From Gammaproteobacteria bacterium (GTDB lineage: Bacteria > Pseudomonadota > Gammaproteobacteria > JAGOUN01), in contig JBKAGM010000004.1 in the NCBI GenBank assembly GCA_046290385.1, forward strand, positions 9,010 through 73,009: 64,000 bases of DNA. Direction: 5' to 3'. Below the pieces are notes generated by a model. It made no database searches, was not told where the DNA came from, and was given only the letters and a program-made list of their open reading frames with translations. A program made the translations under genes and the position numbers. This document shows positions 1 to 9,514 of this stretch, piece after piece; the stretch's first letter is position 1, and each line of letters begins with the position of its first letter.

Positions 1-355
1 TTAACCCCTCGTAAAAACGTTGCATTACTTTCGACGAAACACCAGGCCAGCCTTTACCTTCAATAAACCTTGGTGTTGTGCCTATGGTAATACATTGGTT
101 AAATCGTTTAGGGTACTGTGATTGTAATTGCATCGCAACAAGTCCACCGAGAGACCAACCAACTAAAATAGATTCTTTAGGAATCAAAGCATAAAAATGT
201 TCTGCTAATGATTCAATTTCAACAACAGTTATATTCGGCAAATCACACGCGATAACATCATAATTTGATTGTAATGAAGCAACTTGCTCATCCCAGATAC
301 TTGCGCTAAATCCCCAACCTGGAAAAAATACTAATGGTTGTTTAAACACAGGCAT
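1..355 (-). CDS. bioH: BioH-like alpha/beta hydrolase (pimeloyl-ACP methyl ester esterase); the C-terminal part lies beyond the window edge
   Basis: Minus-strand translation from the ATG at 355-353 gives [25 protein letters not shown]..., an alpha/beta-hydrolase N-terminus resembling BioH. Its start overlaps the bioF stop, and it closes the bioB-bioF-bioH run. Confidence 0.6.
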   Translation of the reverse strand, partial: MPVFKQPLVFFPGWGFSASIWDEQVASLQSNYDVIACDLPNITVVEIESLAEHFYALIPKESILVGWSLGGLVAMQLQSQYPKRFNQCITIGTTPRFIEGKGWPGVSSKVMQRFYEGL

Positions 356-1526
356 CTAAACACTCCTTGATTTGTGCTTCTGTGTGAAAACAGTTGAGTG
401 AAAATCGTATCCTTGCTGTATTTGGTGGAACTGTGGGTGTCCGTATTGCGGAAGCTAAAAAACCCTTAGATTTTAAGTGCGCCTGTAATCGTAGTACACT
501 ATCATTACCACCAATCAATATAGATTTAATAGGCGTCAAATCATCACTAATCAACGGCAGGTTTAAGGATTTGGCATAATCAATAAAAAAACGTATGCGC
601 GCATGTAACTGTTCACGGCGCCATGTATCTTGGGATAACAACTTTAATGACTTCATGGTCGCATGTGCTATAGCAGGTGGAAATGCCGTAGAATACATAT
701 GTGATCGTGCAAATTGTCGTAGCATTTCAATCATCACAGCATCGCCTACAACAACGGCACCAAAACTTCCTATTGCCTTACCAAAAGGCAGCACCAACAA
801 CGGCACTTGTTCTGGAGATAATTTATAGTGTTCTACAATTCCCTTACCTTGTTTTCCTAAAACACCTATACCATGCGCATCATCGATCACGATTGTTGCT
901 TTTTGTTCTAACGCAACATCTATAATCTCCCTTGAAACGACATCACCCTCCATACTAAACACACCCTCAGTAATGAGAAGCTTTTCACGAGGATCTATTT
1001 CCATTCGCGTCATTAAGTGCACTTTATCATTATGAGCATAACGAAATCGTTCAGCTCGAGACAATAAAATGGCATCTATAATTGAGGCATGAGAAAGTTT
1101 ATCATAATAAATAGAAATTTCTTTTGATCCAAGTGTTGTGATAACACCCAAATTTGCATGATATCCTGAGTTAAATAATAATGCGTCCTCATAACCCAAA
1201 AAACCTGCAAATGCTTTTTCTAAAGCATAGTGTGCATCATAAAATCCAGACAAGTGAGGGGCAGATCCACTGCCCAGACCATATTTATCAATACCTTCTA
1301 CAAAGGATTTTTTCACTTCGGGATCGATGGATAAACCAAGATAATCATTATTAGAGAAATTAACAAAGCTATGTTGAGCATCAAATGCAACAGAAGTATT
1401 ATCACGTGAAAAAACAGGTGTTTTAACGCGTGTTAATCCTTTCGTTTTGTTTTCAGCTAAACGTGATCGGCATTGATCAAGAAGCATGGCAAGCGTCTTC
1501 TTGTCGGCATTGCTTTTTGATACCAA
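342..1526 (-). CDS. bioF: 8-amino-7-oxononanoate synthase (PLP-dependent)
   Basis: 394 aa ORF with class-II aminotransferase/BioF-like sequence. It sits between bioB and bioH. The likely true start is the internal Met at about 1487, which would leave only an 11-nt overlap with bioB. Confidence 0.8.
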   Translation of the reverse strand: MVSKSNADKKTLAMLLDQCRSRLAENKTKGLTRVKTPVFSRDNTSVAFDAQHSFVNFSNNDYLGLSIDPEVKKSFVEGIDKYGLGSGSAPHLSGFYDAHYALEKAFAGFLGYEDALLFNSGYHANLGVITTLGSKEISIYYDKLSHASIIDAILLSRAERFRYAHNDKVHLMTRMEIDPREKLLITEGVFSMEGDVVSREIIDVALEQKATIVIDDAHGIGVLGKQGKGIVEHYKLSPEQVPLLVLPFGKAIGSFGAVVVGDAVMIEMLRQFARSHMYSTAFPPAIAHATMKSLKLLSQDTWRREQLHARIRFFIDYAKSLNLPLISDDLTPIKSILIGGNDSVLRLQAHLKSKGFLASAIRTPTVPPNTARIRFSLNCFHTEAQIKECLDACV

Positions 1527-2448
1527 GACGCTCTAACATTTGTGCATCCTGGTCTTCCTCAGGATTCGCAGCAGTCAATAGTTTTTCCCCATAAAAAATC
1601 GAATTCGCTCCTGCCATAAAACATAAGCACTGCATGGTTTCACTCATGGTTTCTCGCCCAGCCGACAAACGCACAACCGTTTTAGGCATCATAATACGCG
1701 CTACAGCAATTGTTTTAATAAACTCTAGATCATCTATTTTATCTGCATCACCCTGCGGCGTTCCTTTAATAGGAATTAATCGATTGATAGGAACACTTTC
1801 AGGATACTGAGGCAAATTAGCTAACTGCAATAATAAACCAATGCGATCTTCACGTGTTTCATTTTTAAAACCAACGATACCACCGCAGCATACTTTAATG
1901 TCTGATTTTCTAAGGTTTGCCAATGTGTCCAAACGATCTTGATAAGAGCGTGTTGTGATAATTTTTTCATACATTTCTGGTGAAGTATCAAGGTTATGGT
2001 TATAATAATCTAATCCTGCATCTTTCAACATTTGACTTTGTTCTTCATCAAGCATGCCTAAGGTCACACAACTTTCTAAACCTAAGTCTTTAACGCCTTT
2101 AATCATAGCGATAACTTTAGGAAACTCTTTTTTAGGTGGACTTCTCCATGCAGCGCCCATACAAAAACGCGTCGCCCCCTTTTCTTTTGCTGCTCTTGCT
2201 CGCGTTAATACATCCTCGACATCCATCAATCTTTCTTTTTCCAAACCGGTATTATAATGGCCGCTTTGCGGGCAATATTCACAATCTTCAGGACACGTTC
2301 CTGTCTTGATACTTAAGAGTGTGCTAATCTGCACTTCATTGCTATTAAAATGTTCACGATGCACAGTTTGTGCTTGGTAGACTAAGTCAATAAGTGGCAT
2401 TTCATAAAGTTTTTCGACTTCTTGATGCGTCCAAGTTTTTTGATCCAT
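1477..2448 (-). CDS. bioB: biotin synthase (radical SAM)
   Basis: [11 protein letters not shown] radical-SAM cysteine motif. There is near-collinear identity in pattern to E. coli BioB, including [10 protein letters not shown] and SGGIVG. Confidence 0.92.
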   Translation of the reverse strand: MDQKTWTHQEVEKLYEMPLIDLVYQAQTVHREHFNSNEVQISTLLSIKTGTCPEDCEYCPQSGHYNTGLEKERLMDVEDVLTRARAAKEKGATRFCMGAAWRSPPKKEFPKVIAMIKGVKDLGLESCVTLGMLDEEQSQMLKDAGLDYYNHNLDTSPEMYEKIITTRSYQDRLDTLANLRKSDIKVCCGGIVGFKNETREDRIGLLLQLANLPQYPESVPINRLIPIKGTPQGDADKIDDLEFIKTIAVARIMMPKTVVRLSAGRETMSETMQCLCFMAGANSIFYGEKLLTAANPEEDQDAQMLERLGIKKQCRQEDACHAS

Positions 2449-2534
2449 TGTGTAAGCCTTTCTAATTTGTAACGCGCCAAACTATATGATATTTTCCCTA
2501 CCTCGTCAACCAGATAAAAATTTGAGGTTTACTG

Positions 2535-3860
2535 ATGGTAGAGAAATCGATTATCGACATTGACTTAAAGCACATTTGGCACCCTTGCTCACAAATGAAA
2601 GATTACGAAACCTTCAAACCATTAGTCGTACAAAATGCGAAAGGTAGCGAAATTTTTCTAAAGAACGGCCAACCCATCATCGATGCTATCGCGAGCTGGT
2701 GGTGTAAATCACTCGGTCATCATCACCCCAGGTTAAAGCATGCACTACTCAAACAAGCAGAGCATTTTGAACATGTGATTTTAGCAAATACCACGAATGA
2801 GACAATCACAAAACTTTCACAGCGATTGGCAAGTTTAACAAAAACACTCGATAAAATAAGTTTTGCAAGCGATGGTTCTTGTGCTATCGAAATGGCACTA
2901 AAAATGAGTATTCATTCGCGTAAAATTTTAAACCAACAACACAAAAAAGCTTTTTTATCGCTACAAAACAGTTATCATGGCGAAACTATTGGGACACTTG
3001 CTGTAAGTGATTTAGGAATTTACAAGGCTCCTTATCAATCACTTTACTTTAAAGATGTTCAGTTCGTAAAAAACATCCCTTATGTCTCTGGGAAAGAAGA
3101 CCCTCTTTGGTCAGATTGCTCTGAAATTTGGCCTACAATCGAAAAACAGCTAGCACCATTTTCAGACGCAACGACAGCACTTATTGTAGAACCAATTATT
3201 CAAGGTGCTGGAGGCATGAAAATATATAGCCAGGACTTTTTAAAACGCTTGCGATGCTGGACAGAGCAACACGATATTCACCTTATCACGGATGAAATAT
3301 TGACAGGCATGGGGCGCACGGGAACGATGCTGGCTTGCGAGCATGCAAACATTGAGCCTGATTTTTTATGTTTATCGAAGGGTTTGACCGCTGGCTACTT
3401 ACCATTAAGCGTGATGCTTACAAATAAAAATATCTACAATTATTTTTATCATGACTATGACCCTGCAAAATCTTTTCTACATTCCCACACGCATTCTGGA
3501 AATGCGCTTGCTGCTGCTTGCGCTTTAGAAGTATTTAAAATTATAGATGATGAAAATATACTCGACCGTGCTCAAGAATTAGAAAATAAAATGAAACGTG
3601 CCTTTACAAATATTGCCAACAAAACAAGAAAACTTAAAAATATTCGAGGTATTGGTGGCATGGTAGCAGCAGATCTCATTACTGATCATCCAAATCGCCG
3701 TATTGGTTATGAAATATTTCAAAAAGCCGTTGAATACGGAGCTCTTCTACGCCCTTTGGGAAATACCGTTTATTGGCTACCTCCATTAAACATAGACGAT
3801 AAAACCCTAATACGTTTGGAAGACATTACCGTTAAAGCAATAAATGCGATTGATTTTTAG
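2535..3860 (+). CDS. bioA: adenosylmethionine-8-amino-7-oxononanoate aminotransferase
   Basis: 441 aa class-III aminotransferase with a BioA-like N-terminus (HIWHPCSQM). It is divergent from bioBFH. Confidence 0.88.
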   Translation: MVEKSIIDIDLKHIWHPCSQMKDYETFKPLVVQNAKGSEIFLKNGQPIIDAIASWWCKSLGHHHPRLKHALLKQAEHFEHVILANTTNETITKLSQRLASLTKTLDKISFASDGSCAIEMALKMSIHSRKILNQQHKKAFLSLQNSYHGETIGTLAVSDLGIYKAPYQSLYFKDVQFVKNIPYVSGKEDPLWSDCSEIWPTIEKQLAPFSDATTALIVEPIIQGAGGMKIYSQDFLKRLRCWTEQHDIHLITDEILTGMGRTGTMLACEHANIEPDFLCLSKGLTAGYLPLSVMLTNKNIYNYFYHDYDPAKSFLHSHTHSGNALAAACALEVFKIIDDENILDRAQELENKMKRAFTNIANKTRKLKNIRGIGGMVAADLITDHPNRRIGYEIFQKAVEYGALLRPLGNTVYWLPPLNIDDKTLIRLEDITVKAINAIDF

Positions 3861-3885
3861 TTATAATTTTTTGTAAACTGAAGGC

Positions 3886-4341
3886 ATGGATATCATTACT
3901 CAATTACATATCTGTGCCGAATTATTCTTAGCTTTTATTCTTGGTGGATTAATCGGTTTCGAACGTGAACGTGCAGGCATTCCTGCTGGTGTGCGCACGT
4001 TTAGTGCAGTAGCGGTAGGCGCTTGCCTGTTTAGCATAGTTTCATCGCATGCTCTCGGTCACTATGATTCTACTCGCATCGCAGCTCAAGTTGCATCGGG
4101 TATGGGTTTTCTTGGCGCTGGTGTTATTTTCAAACATGGTGATTTAATTCGCGGCCTTACTACCGCTGGCGTATTGTGGGCATCTTCTGCAGTCGGTATT
4201 TCAGTTGGTTTTCAACTATATATTGTTGCGGTGTTCACTACTTTTTTATTAGTCTTCATGTTGCATGTCTCAAAATATAAAGCGTGGCGACGTATGATGA
4301 AAAAATCTTATAGAACCACTTCAACCAAGAATGAATTTTAA
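3886..4341 (+). CDS. MgtC/SapB family membrane protein
   Basis: 151 aa, GFERERAG...AGVRTF N-terminal MgtC signature, 4-5 TM helices. Confidence 0.7.
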   Translation: MDIITQLHICAELFLAFILGGLIGFERERAGIPAGVRTFSAVAVGACLFSIVSSHALGHYDSTRIAAQVASGMGFLGAGVIFKHGDLIRGLTTAGVLWASSAVGISVGFQLYIVAVFTTFLLVFMLHVSKYKAWRRMMKKSYRTTSTKNEF

Positions 4342-4569
4342 TTTTGTTCTCTTTCTTCTAACTTAAACCTTCTCTTGCATTTGTAAGTAAATGCTCAACC
4401 TGGTGTAAGTTCTTCCAGATTTATTAAAAATAATGCAATAGGCCTAATATATCTAACCTCATGTTTACATTAGAAAAACTACTTGAATTGCTCGAAATGT
4501 TACAAATCTGTTTTTTAAGGGCACAAAAACCTTATTGAAACCTTAAGAGCTGCATTATAAAATAGCCAC

Positions 4570-4693
4570 ACGTGTTAAGGATAACACTTAGGAAAAGAAT
4601 CAAGGATGATTCGACAAGGACGTCACAAAGCAGGACGCGAATTTTGGGCAAGATGCCCGGGGTAGGGAAAGGAGCAGTTTTACTGCTCCTTTC
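4570..4693 (+). ncRNA. candidate Csr/Rsm-family (CsrB/RsmY/RsmZ-like) CsrA-sequestering small RNA
   Basis: TTGAAA (4535-4540) then N15-17 then TATAAA/TAAAAT (4556-4563) promoter-like hexamers. About 120 nt contain seven GGA motifs, several in ACAAGGAYG context (aaGGAt, taGGAa, caaGGAtg, acaaGGAcg, gcaGGAcg, gGGAaaGGAg). A 7-bp GC hairpin ggagcag-tttta-ctgctcc at 4671-4689 is followed by TTTC. No long ORF. csrA lies about 0.9 kb downstream. Confidence 0.4.
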
Positions 4694-4801
4694 AATAATC
4701 GAAGCAACTTTCAGCAAGTAAGACTGCTACAACTCTAAAATCCTTTCTTTCTCAACAACGCCGCACTATAATGGCTTTTTTAATTATTATAGGGCGCCTA
4801 C

Positions 4802-5410
4802 ATGTCAAGCTTGGTCGATCAGTTTAATAGTTTCGTACAATCCGTGCAAGACAATTTGCACTACTCACTAGGATTCATTGCTATTCTTTTTGCTGTACAA
4901 ATTGTTAATGTCATTTTAAATTATCGACTCAATATTTTTGGAATTTACCCAAGAAAAGTGCCTGGGCTCATCGGCATTCCCGCCTCTCCTTTTTTACATG
5001 GTAGTTTTTCACATTTAATATTTAACTCTATTCCTTTATTTATTCTCTCAACTTTTTTATTAACACGCGGATTTTTAGATTTTCTTTATATAACCGCGTT
5101 AATTATTGTTATTAGCGGTGCTGCCGTATGGCTTTTTGGACGCAAAGCATTACACGTTGGTGCAAGTGGCTTAATCATGGGTTACTGGGGTTATTTAGTC
5201 GTTGATGGAATCATGCATCCTTCATTACTGACTATCTTTTTGATTGTGATCTGCTTTTACTATTTCGGAGGATTTGTCACCAGCTTACTCCCTACGGAAG
5301 AAAAAACTTCTTGGGAAGGACATATCTTTGGACTACTCGCTGGAATCGCAGTAAACTTATACAACCTCGATGCTTGGCTTTATAGCGTAATAGGGAATGT
5401 GCTGAATTAA
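4802..5410 (+). CDS. rhomboid family intramembrane serine protease
   Basis: 202 aa polytopic protein with the GASG catalytic-serine motif (HVGASGLIMGYWGY) and a downstream His in a TM helix (HIFGLLAG). Confidence 0.7.
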   Translation: MSSLVDQFNSFVQSVQDNLHYSLGFIAILFAVQIVNVILNYRLNIFGIYPRKVPGLIGIPASPFLHGSFSHLIFNSIPLFILSTFLLTRGFLDFLYITALIIVISGAAVWLFGRKALHVGASGLIMGYWGYLVVDGIMHPSLLTIFLIVICFYYFGGFVTSLLPTEEKTSWEGHIFGLLAGIAVNLYNLDAWLYSVIGNVLN

Positions 5411-5524
5411 AAACGGTGTGTCGTTGTTGCGAAATTTACAAAAACCCCGCAACAACACAACACCTATCATCAGACTCATGTAGCAAACAACAAGTGATGA
5501 CATCAAAATGAAGTGCGCGATTTA

Positions 5525-5548
5525 AAGCAATTGGAAACTTTCCAATTG
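5525..5548 (-). terminator. hairpin downstream of csrA (possible terminator)
   Basis: Perfect inverted repeat gcaattggaaa/tttccaattgc about 30 nt past the csrA stop. The trailing T-run on the minus strand is weak (TTTAAAT). Confidence 0.35.
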
Positions 5549-5579
5549 CGGCCCGCCGGCACACTTCGCTTTGGCGAGT

Positions 5580-5774
5580 CTATTCTATTACAACCTTTTC
5601 TTTTTTTTCTTTTGGTAGTCGTTGCAATATTTCTTTTCTGAAGATAGGGATATTTCTTGGTGCCTGAATACCAATTTTTACCCATCCTCTTGATATACTC
5701 AATATTTTAATTTCTAAGTCGGCGCTTTCACCGCATACGATGGCTTCGCCGGTCTGTCTTGAGAGTACTAACAT
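5580..5774 (-). CDS. csrA: carbon storage regulator CsrA (RNA-binding post-transcriptional regulator)
   Basis: MLVLSRQTGEAIVCG...RGWVKIGIQAPRNIPIFRKEI matches the CsrA fold consensus. The ORF call 5580..5822 starts upstream; the internal Met at 5774 is taken as the true start. It has a Lys/Glu-rich C-terminal tail. Confidence 0.85.
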   Translation of the reverse strand: MLVLSRQTGEAIVCGESADLEIKILSISRGWVKIGIQAPRNIPIFRKEILQRLPKEKKEKVVIE

Positions 5775-5977
5775 CTTGTTCTCCTGAATTATATTTCTCT
5801 CTATTTCCCAGACAGATTTCAAATGACAACCAACAGCAGAATGTTAGGTTTTAAAGGAAGAATTTAGAATTATTATTTTTGTTACTTCCGTTTATGTTTC
5901 CTATGATCGCTCATTTTAATGTCACTTGTAAGATCTCATTTACTATGGTAATTTACTGGGGTAATTTACATTTTTTT

Positions 5978-7312
5978 ATGGAAAAAATCATGGAAAAAGT
6001 TATTTTTCAACAAGTTACATGGGAATCTGTAGCCAAGCGTGTTCGCACCGTCAACCCAGAACTCCATAAAATTATTTGCGACTTAAGCCCAGATGATAGC
6101 TACCGTCTATATACTGGTGAGTATCCTTTTGGCTGTGAGTTTGTGAAAGAAGGAAGATTTCAATTGCCTACAAAAGGTGATGAATTAAGACCGCTCACGG
6201 ATCCAAACATTCCAAAACAAATCCAAGAAGATTTAAGTTATAACGAGGGTACCAATCCTGCGTGTTTACTCTTGAAAAATAGCATTGAAATTTATATGCT
6301 TTCATCTTTATTTCACGTTATTGGTTGGACTATTCCAGAAGGAGGCATTCTTGGAATCTCTCGCGTGTTAGCTGAAAATCCTCAGCATCCACCATTTCTT
6401 TGGAACATCAGCTCTGGAGCACGTTCTTTAATCATGTTGCCAAAAATATCTCGTGCTCGGAATCATCAGCGATTGCGTTCTGAACTAGGTATCAACATTG
6501 AAAAACCTGATTCGATATTTAAACACTGGGAAGTATTTAAAAGTATCGCAAACTGTGGAAAATTTAAACCTTGGTCTTCTAAAATATTATTTTTTTCTAA
6601 AAAATGGTTTGAACGTTTAAAAGATCCCGCGTTTCAAAGTTTTAGATGTTACTTATTAGAAAATAACAGAAAAAGATTTGACTATATCGGCAATATGTAC
6701 ATTTGGGAAATGGTCTTTAGTTTAATATTAAAAAATCGTGATATCAGACCAAGTCTATATACAAACAACTGCGCCAAATATCTTTTTCAGCTTGCAATGG
6801 GAATGACACCAGGATTAGCGCCAGCAGTCAATAATGTTTCTGCCCCTATCAAGATGTTACAAAAAGCATATATAGATATTTACGGGCTGAAAGACTACGT
6901 GCCAACTATTATGCAACCTAATTATTTCAACCCTTATGAACCCTGTGATTCAATATATCATTCTTTACAAACTCCAACATTTTTTGATACTCCTAAAAAG
7001 CGGGACAACAGCAGTTTGATATCCGACCTTTATGACATATATGCTCTATTTAATAAGTATATTTCATACATTAGAACAATGAAACTGAATATTGAAGGAA
7101 GCGCATTACATCAATCAGCACTTAACACACAAGTTGATGCATTACATCCAAGTCCAGAACGATATACCCCCATTAAATCATCTAAAACTATATTAGCAAA
7201 TGATAAAAGATTTAGTCAGTGTCTTTATCCAACAAAATATAATGAAGTTGCTATTAACAGCACCTTACTCAAAGGGTGCTTTCGGTTTTGTTATTATGAA
7301 AACAAAAAATGA
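5978..7312 (+). CDS. hypothetical protein (about 440 aa, no recognisable domain)
   Basis: Long ORF 5879..7312. The start is probably MEKIMEKV at about 5978-5990. No motifs identified by eye. Confidence 0.45.
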   Translation: MEKIMEKVIFQQVTWESVAKRVRTVNPELHKIICDLSPDDSYRLYTGEYPFGCEFVKEGRFQLPTKGDELRPLTDPNIPKQIQEDLSYNEGTNPACLLLKNSIEIYMLSSLFHVIGWTIPEGGILGISRVLAENPQHPPFLWNISSGARSLIMLPKISRARNHQRLRSELGINIEKPDSIFKHWEVFKSIANCGKFKPWSSKILFFSKKWFERLKDPAFQSFRCYLLENNRKRFDYIGNMYIWEMVFSLILKNRDIRPSLYTNNCAKYLFQLAMGMTPGLAPAVNNVSAPIKMLQKAYIDIYGLKDYVPTIMQPNYFNPYEPCDSIYHSLQTPTFFDTPKKRDNSSLISDLYDIYALFNKYISYIRTMKLNIEGSALHQSALNTQVDALHPSPERYTPIKSSKTILANDKRFSQCLYPTKYNEVAINSTLLKGCFRFCYYENKK

Positions 7313-7976
7313 CGCGTTCTTCATTAGTGGAATTCTTGTAATTTATCGTTTTTAATGATATTAAATTTTTTCTTGCAAAAGTAATTAGTTCTTTTTTTCT
7401 GGGAATATACACATAATGATTTCCATATACTGACTTATACTCAACATTATTTTCAATAACTTTATTTGCATATACATGCTTACTCATTGGTTTCCATAGC
7501 TCTATAAAAATAACGCCCTTTGGTGTAATCTGACTTAATAAATAATTTAATAGCTTTCCTTGTTCATTCCTAGAAAACTCTCCGAACGTCGACCACATCA
7601 ACAAAATAACATCGTATTTTTGAGTAAAAGTAACGTTAAATATATTTTCATTGACTACATTAACCTCTGGATAAGTCTGTTTTAAATAATCAGCGTATTT
7701 AGTGATTCGTTCGATAGCAGTTATATTAGCTCTTGGATAATCAGCTAATAACTTTCGAATAACTCTCCCATACCCAGCACCAATTTCCAAAATGTTTTTC
7801 GCAGAATATAAATATCTCTGTATTTGATCGATATCCTCACCATGAGCTATACCAACTAGATGAGCACAATGCTCCAGATCATCGAGCGGCATATTTTCAT
7901 ATATAGTTTGATTATCTTCGTTGCACCAACATTTATTGATTGCAATATCTTCGAGAGATGACATGTGACTATCCAT
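7269..7976 (-). CDS. class I SAM-dependent methyltransferase
   Basis: 235 aa with an LEIGAGYGRV motif-I glycine-rich loop and a Rossmann-fold MTase layout. Confidence 0.7.
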   Translation of the reverse strand: MDSHMSSLEDIAINKCWCNEDNQTIYENMPLDDLEHCAHLVGIAHGEDIDQIQRYLYSAKNILEIGAGYGRVIRKLLADYPRANITAIERITKYADYLKQTYPEVNVVNENIFNVTFTQKYDVILLMWSTFGEFSRNEQGKLLNYLLSQITPKGVIFIELWKPMSKHVYANKVIENNVEYKSVYGNHYVYIPRKKELITFARKNLISLKTINYKNSTNEERVIFCFHNNKTESTL

Positions 7977-8169
7977 TGATTTAAATAGGTTTACAATCCG
8001 TAGGGAATTAGAGAAGTCCGTTGCGGTAATTTTTACTAGTCCTTATTTTAATGCAATATTGCCACTATCGCTATGTTTTTCTTAGCCATATCGGTATATT
8101 TTCAGTCATTTTGATCTTATTATGGACACAATTCTCGCTATTTCTCTCATATGTGCTAAATATTAATAT

Positions 8170-9483
8170 ATGGATACTATTGATACAATAATCAAAGGTC
8201 GCTGGCTGGCTACCTGCAATAAGGCGTTTGACGTTTTAGATCGTCATGCGCTCGCAATCAACCATGGCCAAATTATTGATATATTACCTAATGATAAAAT
8301 TGAAGATCTCTATCATGCGCATACGGTTGAAACATTAGATAATCATTGTATCTTGCCAGGTTTTATAAATGCGCATACACACGTTGGTATGAATTATTTG
8401 TGTGGTTTTGCCGATGATCTGCCACTTGATGAGTGGTTAACAAAACATATATGGCCTCTTGAAAAGAAATGGGTAAGCGAAGAATTCGTCCATGATAATG
8501 CCACACATGCTATCGCAGAAATGATTCGTAGTGGAATCACTTGCTTCAACGACATGTATTTTTTTCCAAATGCCACGATCAATGCTGTTGATACATCAGG
8601 TATGCGCGCCATTATTGGATTTGGATTAGTAAACTTTGCTACACGATGGGCAAATAATGTTAACGAAGCAATAGAAGATGGTGTGATGCTCGCAGAAAAA
8701 TACCATGATCATCCACGAATAGATGTTTCTATTGCGCCACATTCTGTCTACTTACTTACACATAAAGAACTTGAGAGAACACATGAAATCGCACTTAAGT
8801 ATAAGTTGAATGTTCATATACATGTTCAAGAAACGAAAAAAGAATTGTATGACCTGTTAGGTAAATATGGAAAAAGTGCGGTTCAAATTTTATATGAAAT
8901 CGGTTTTGGCGAATGTCATTTGCAAGCTGTACATGTCACACATTTGCTAGAAGAAGATTTTGATTTATTAAAAAAGATGAACGCACACATCATTCACTGC
9001 CCAGAGTCCAATATGAAACTCGCCAGTGGATATTGCCCTACTCAAGCGTTCCTCAAAAAAGGCATTAATGTTGGTTTAGGAACAGATTCAACAGCGAGCA
9101 ATAATAATCTTGATATGATGGAAGAAATGCGTTTTGCAAGTCTGTTGGCAAAACTCGAAGATATGAATCCCGTGGCACTAACAGCAAATGATACGCTAAA
9201 GATGGCGACTATAAATGGCGCGAAAGCATTGGGTTTAGAAAAACATATAGGGTCATTAGAAGTTGGGAAACAAGCTGATTTTATTGGCATCCATCTCAAC
9301 GACATCGAAACAACGCCATGCTATAATCCTATTTCACATATTGTTTACGCCGCATCAACAGAGCAGATTTCTGAAGTTTATGTGTCGGGAAAAGCATTAA
9401 TGAAACAACGAAAACTCACCACACTTGATGAAGAAAGCATAATAAAAAAAGCGCTCAACTGGCAAAAGAAACTGAAAAAATAA
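8170..9483 (+). CDS. amidohydrolase of the TRZ/ATZ / MTA-SAH deaminase (MtaD-like) family
   Basis: 437 aa; GFINAHTHVGMN metal-binding HxH motif; HxH...H...H...D amidohydrolase architecture similar to 5-methylthioadenosine/S-adenosylhomocysteine deaminases. Confidence 0.7.
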   Translation: MDTIDTIIKGRWLATCNKAFDVLDRHALAINHGQIIDILPNDKIEDLYHAHTVETLDNHCILPGFINAHTHVGMNYLCGFADDLPLDEWLTKHIWPLEKKWVSEEFVHDNATHAIAEMIRSGITCFNDMYFFPNATINAVDTSGMRAIIGFGLVNFATRWANNVNEAIEDGVMLAEKYHDHPRIDVSIAPHSVYLLTHKELERTHEIALKYKLNVHIHVQETKKELYDLLGKYGKSAVQILYEIGFGECHLQAVHVTHLLEEDFDLLKKMNAHIIHCPESNMKLASGYCPTQAFLKKGINVGLGTDSTASNNNLDMMEEMRFASLLAKLEDMNPVALTANDTLKMATINGAKALGLEKHIGSLEVGKQADFIGIHLNDIETTPCYNPISHIVYAASTEQISEVYVSGKALMKQRKLTTLDEESIIKKALNWQKKLKK

Positions 9484-9514
9484 TTTTTTCAGTTTCACCA
9501 AAAAAAACTGTGAG

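Noticed and set aside
394-925. Plus-strand ORFs 394..579, 595..828 and 701..925 inside bioF
   Set aside because: They are opposite-strand shadows of a confidently assigned gene. The same reasoning applies to the other small ORFs nested antisense in bioB, pyrB, carB, carA, clpA, cydA, the RND pump, the transporter genes and so on.
4570-4700. Considered tmRNA or 6S RNA because of a GATTCGAC-like stretch
   Set aside because: The stretch lacks the tRNA-like acceptor end, the tag reading frame and the 6S central bubble architecture. It is also too short.
4532-4717. 61-aa minus-strand ORF
   Set aside because: It lies entirely inside the GGA-rich candidate sRNA region and has no RBS. It is treated as a shadow of the non-coding element.
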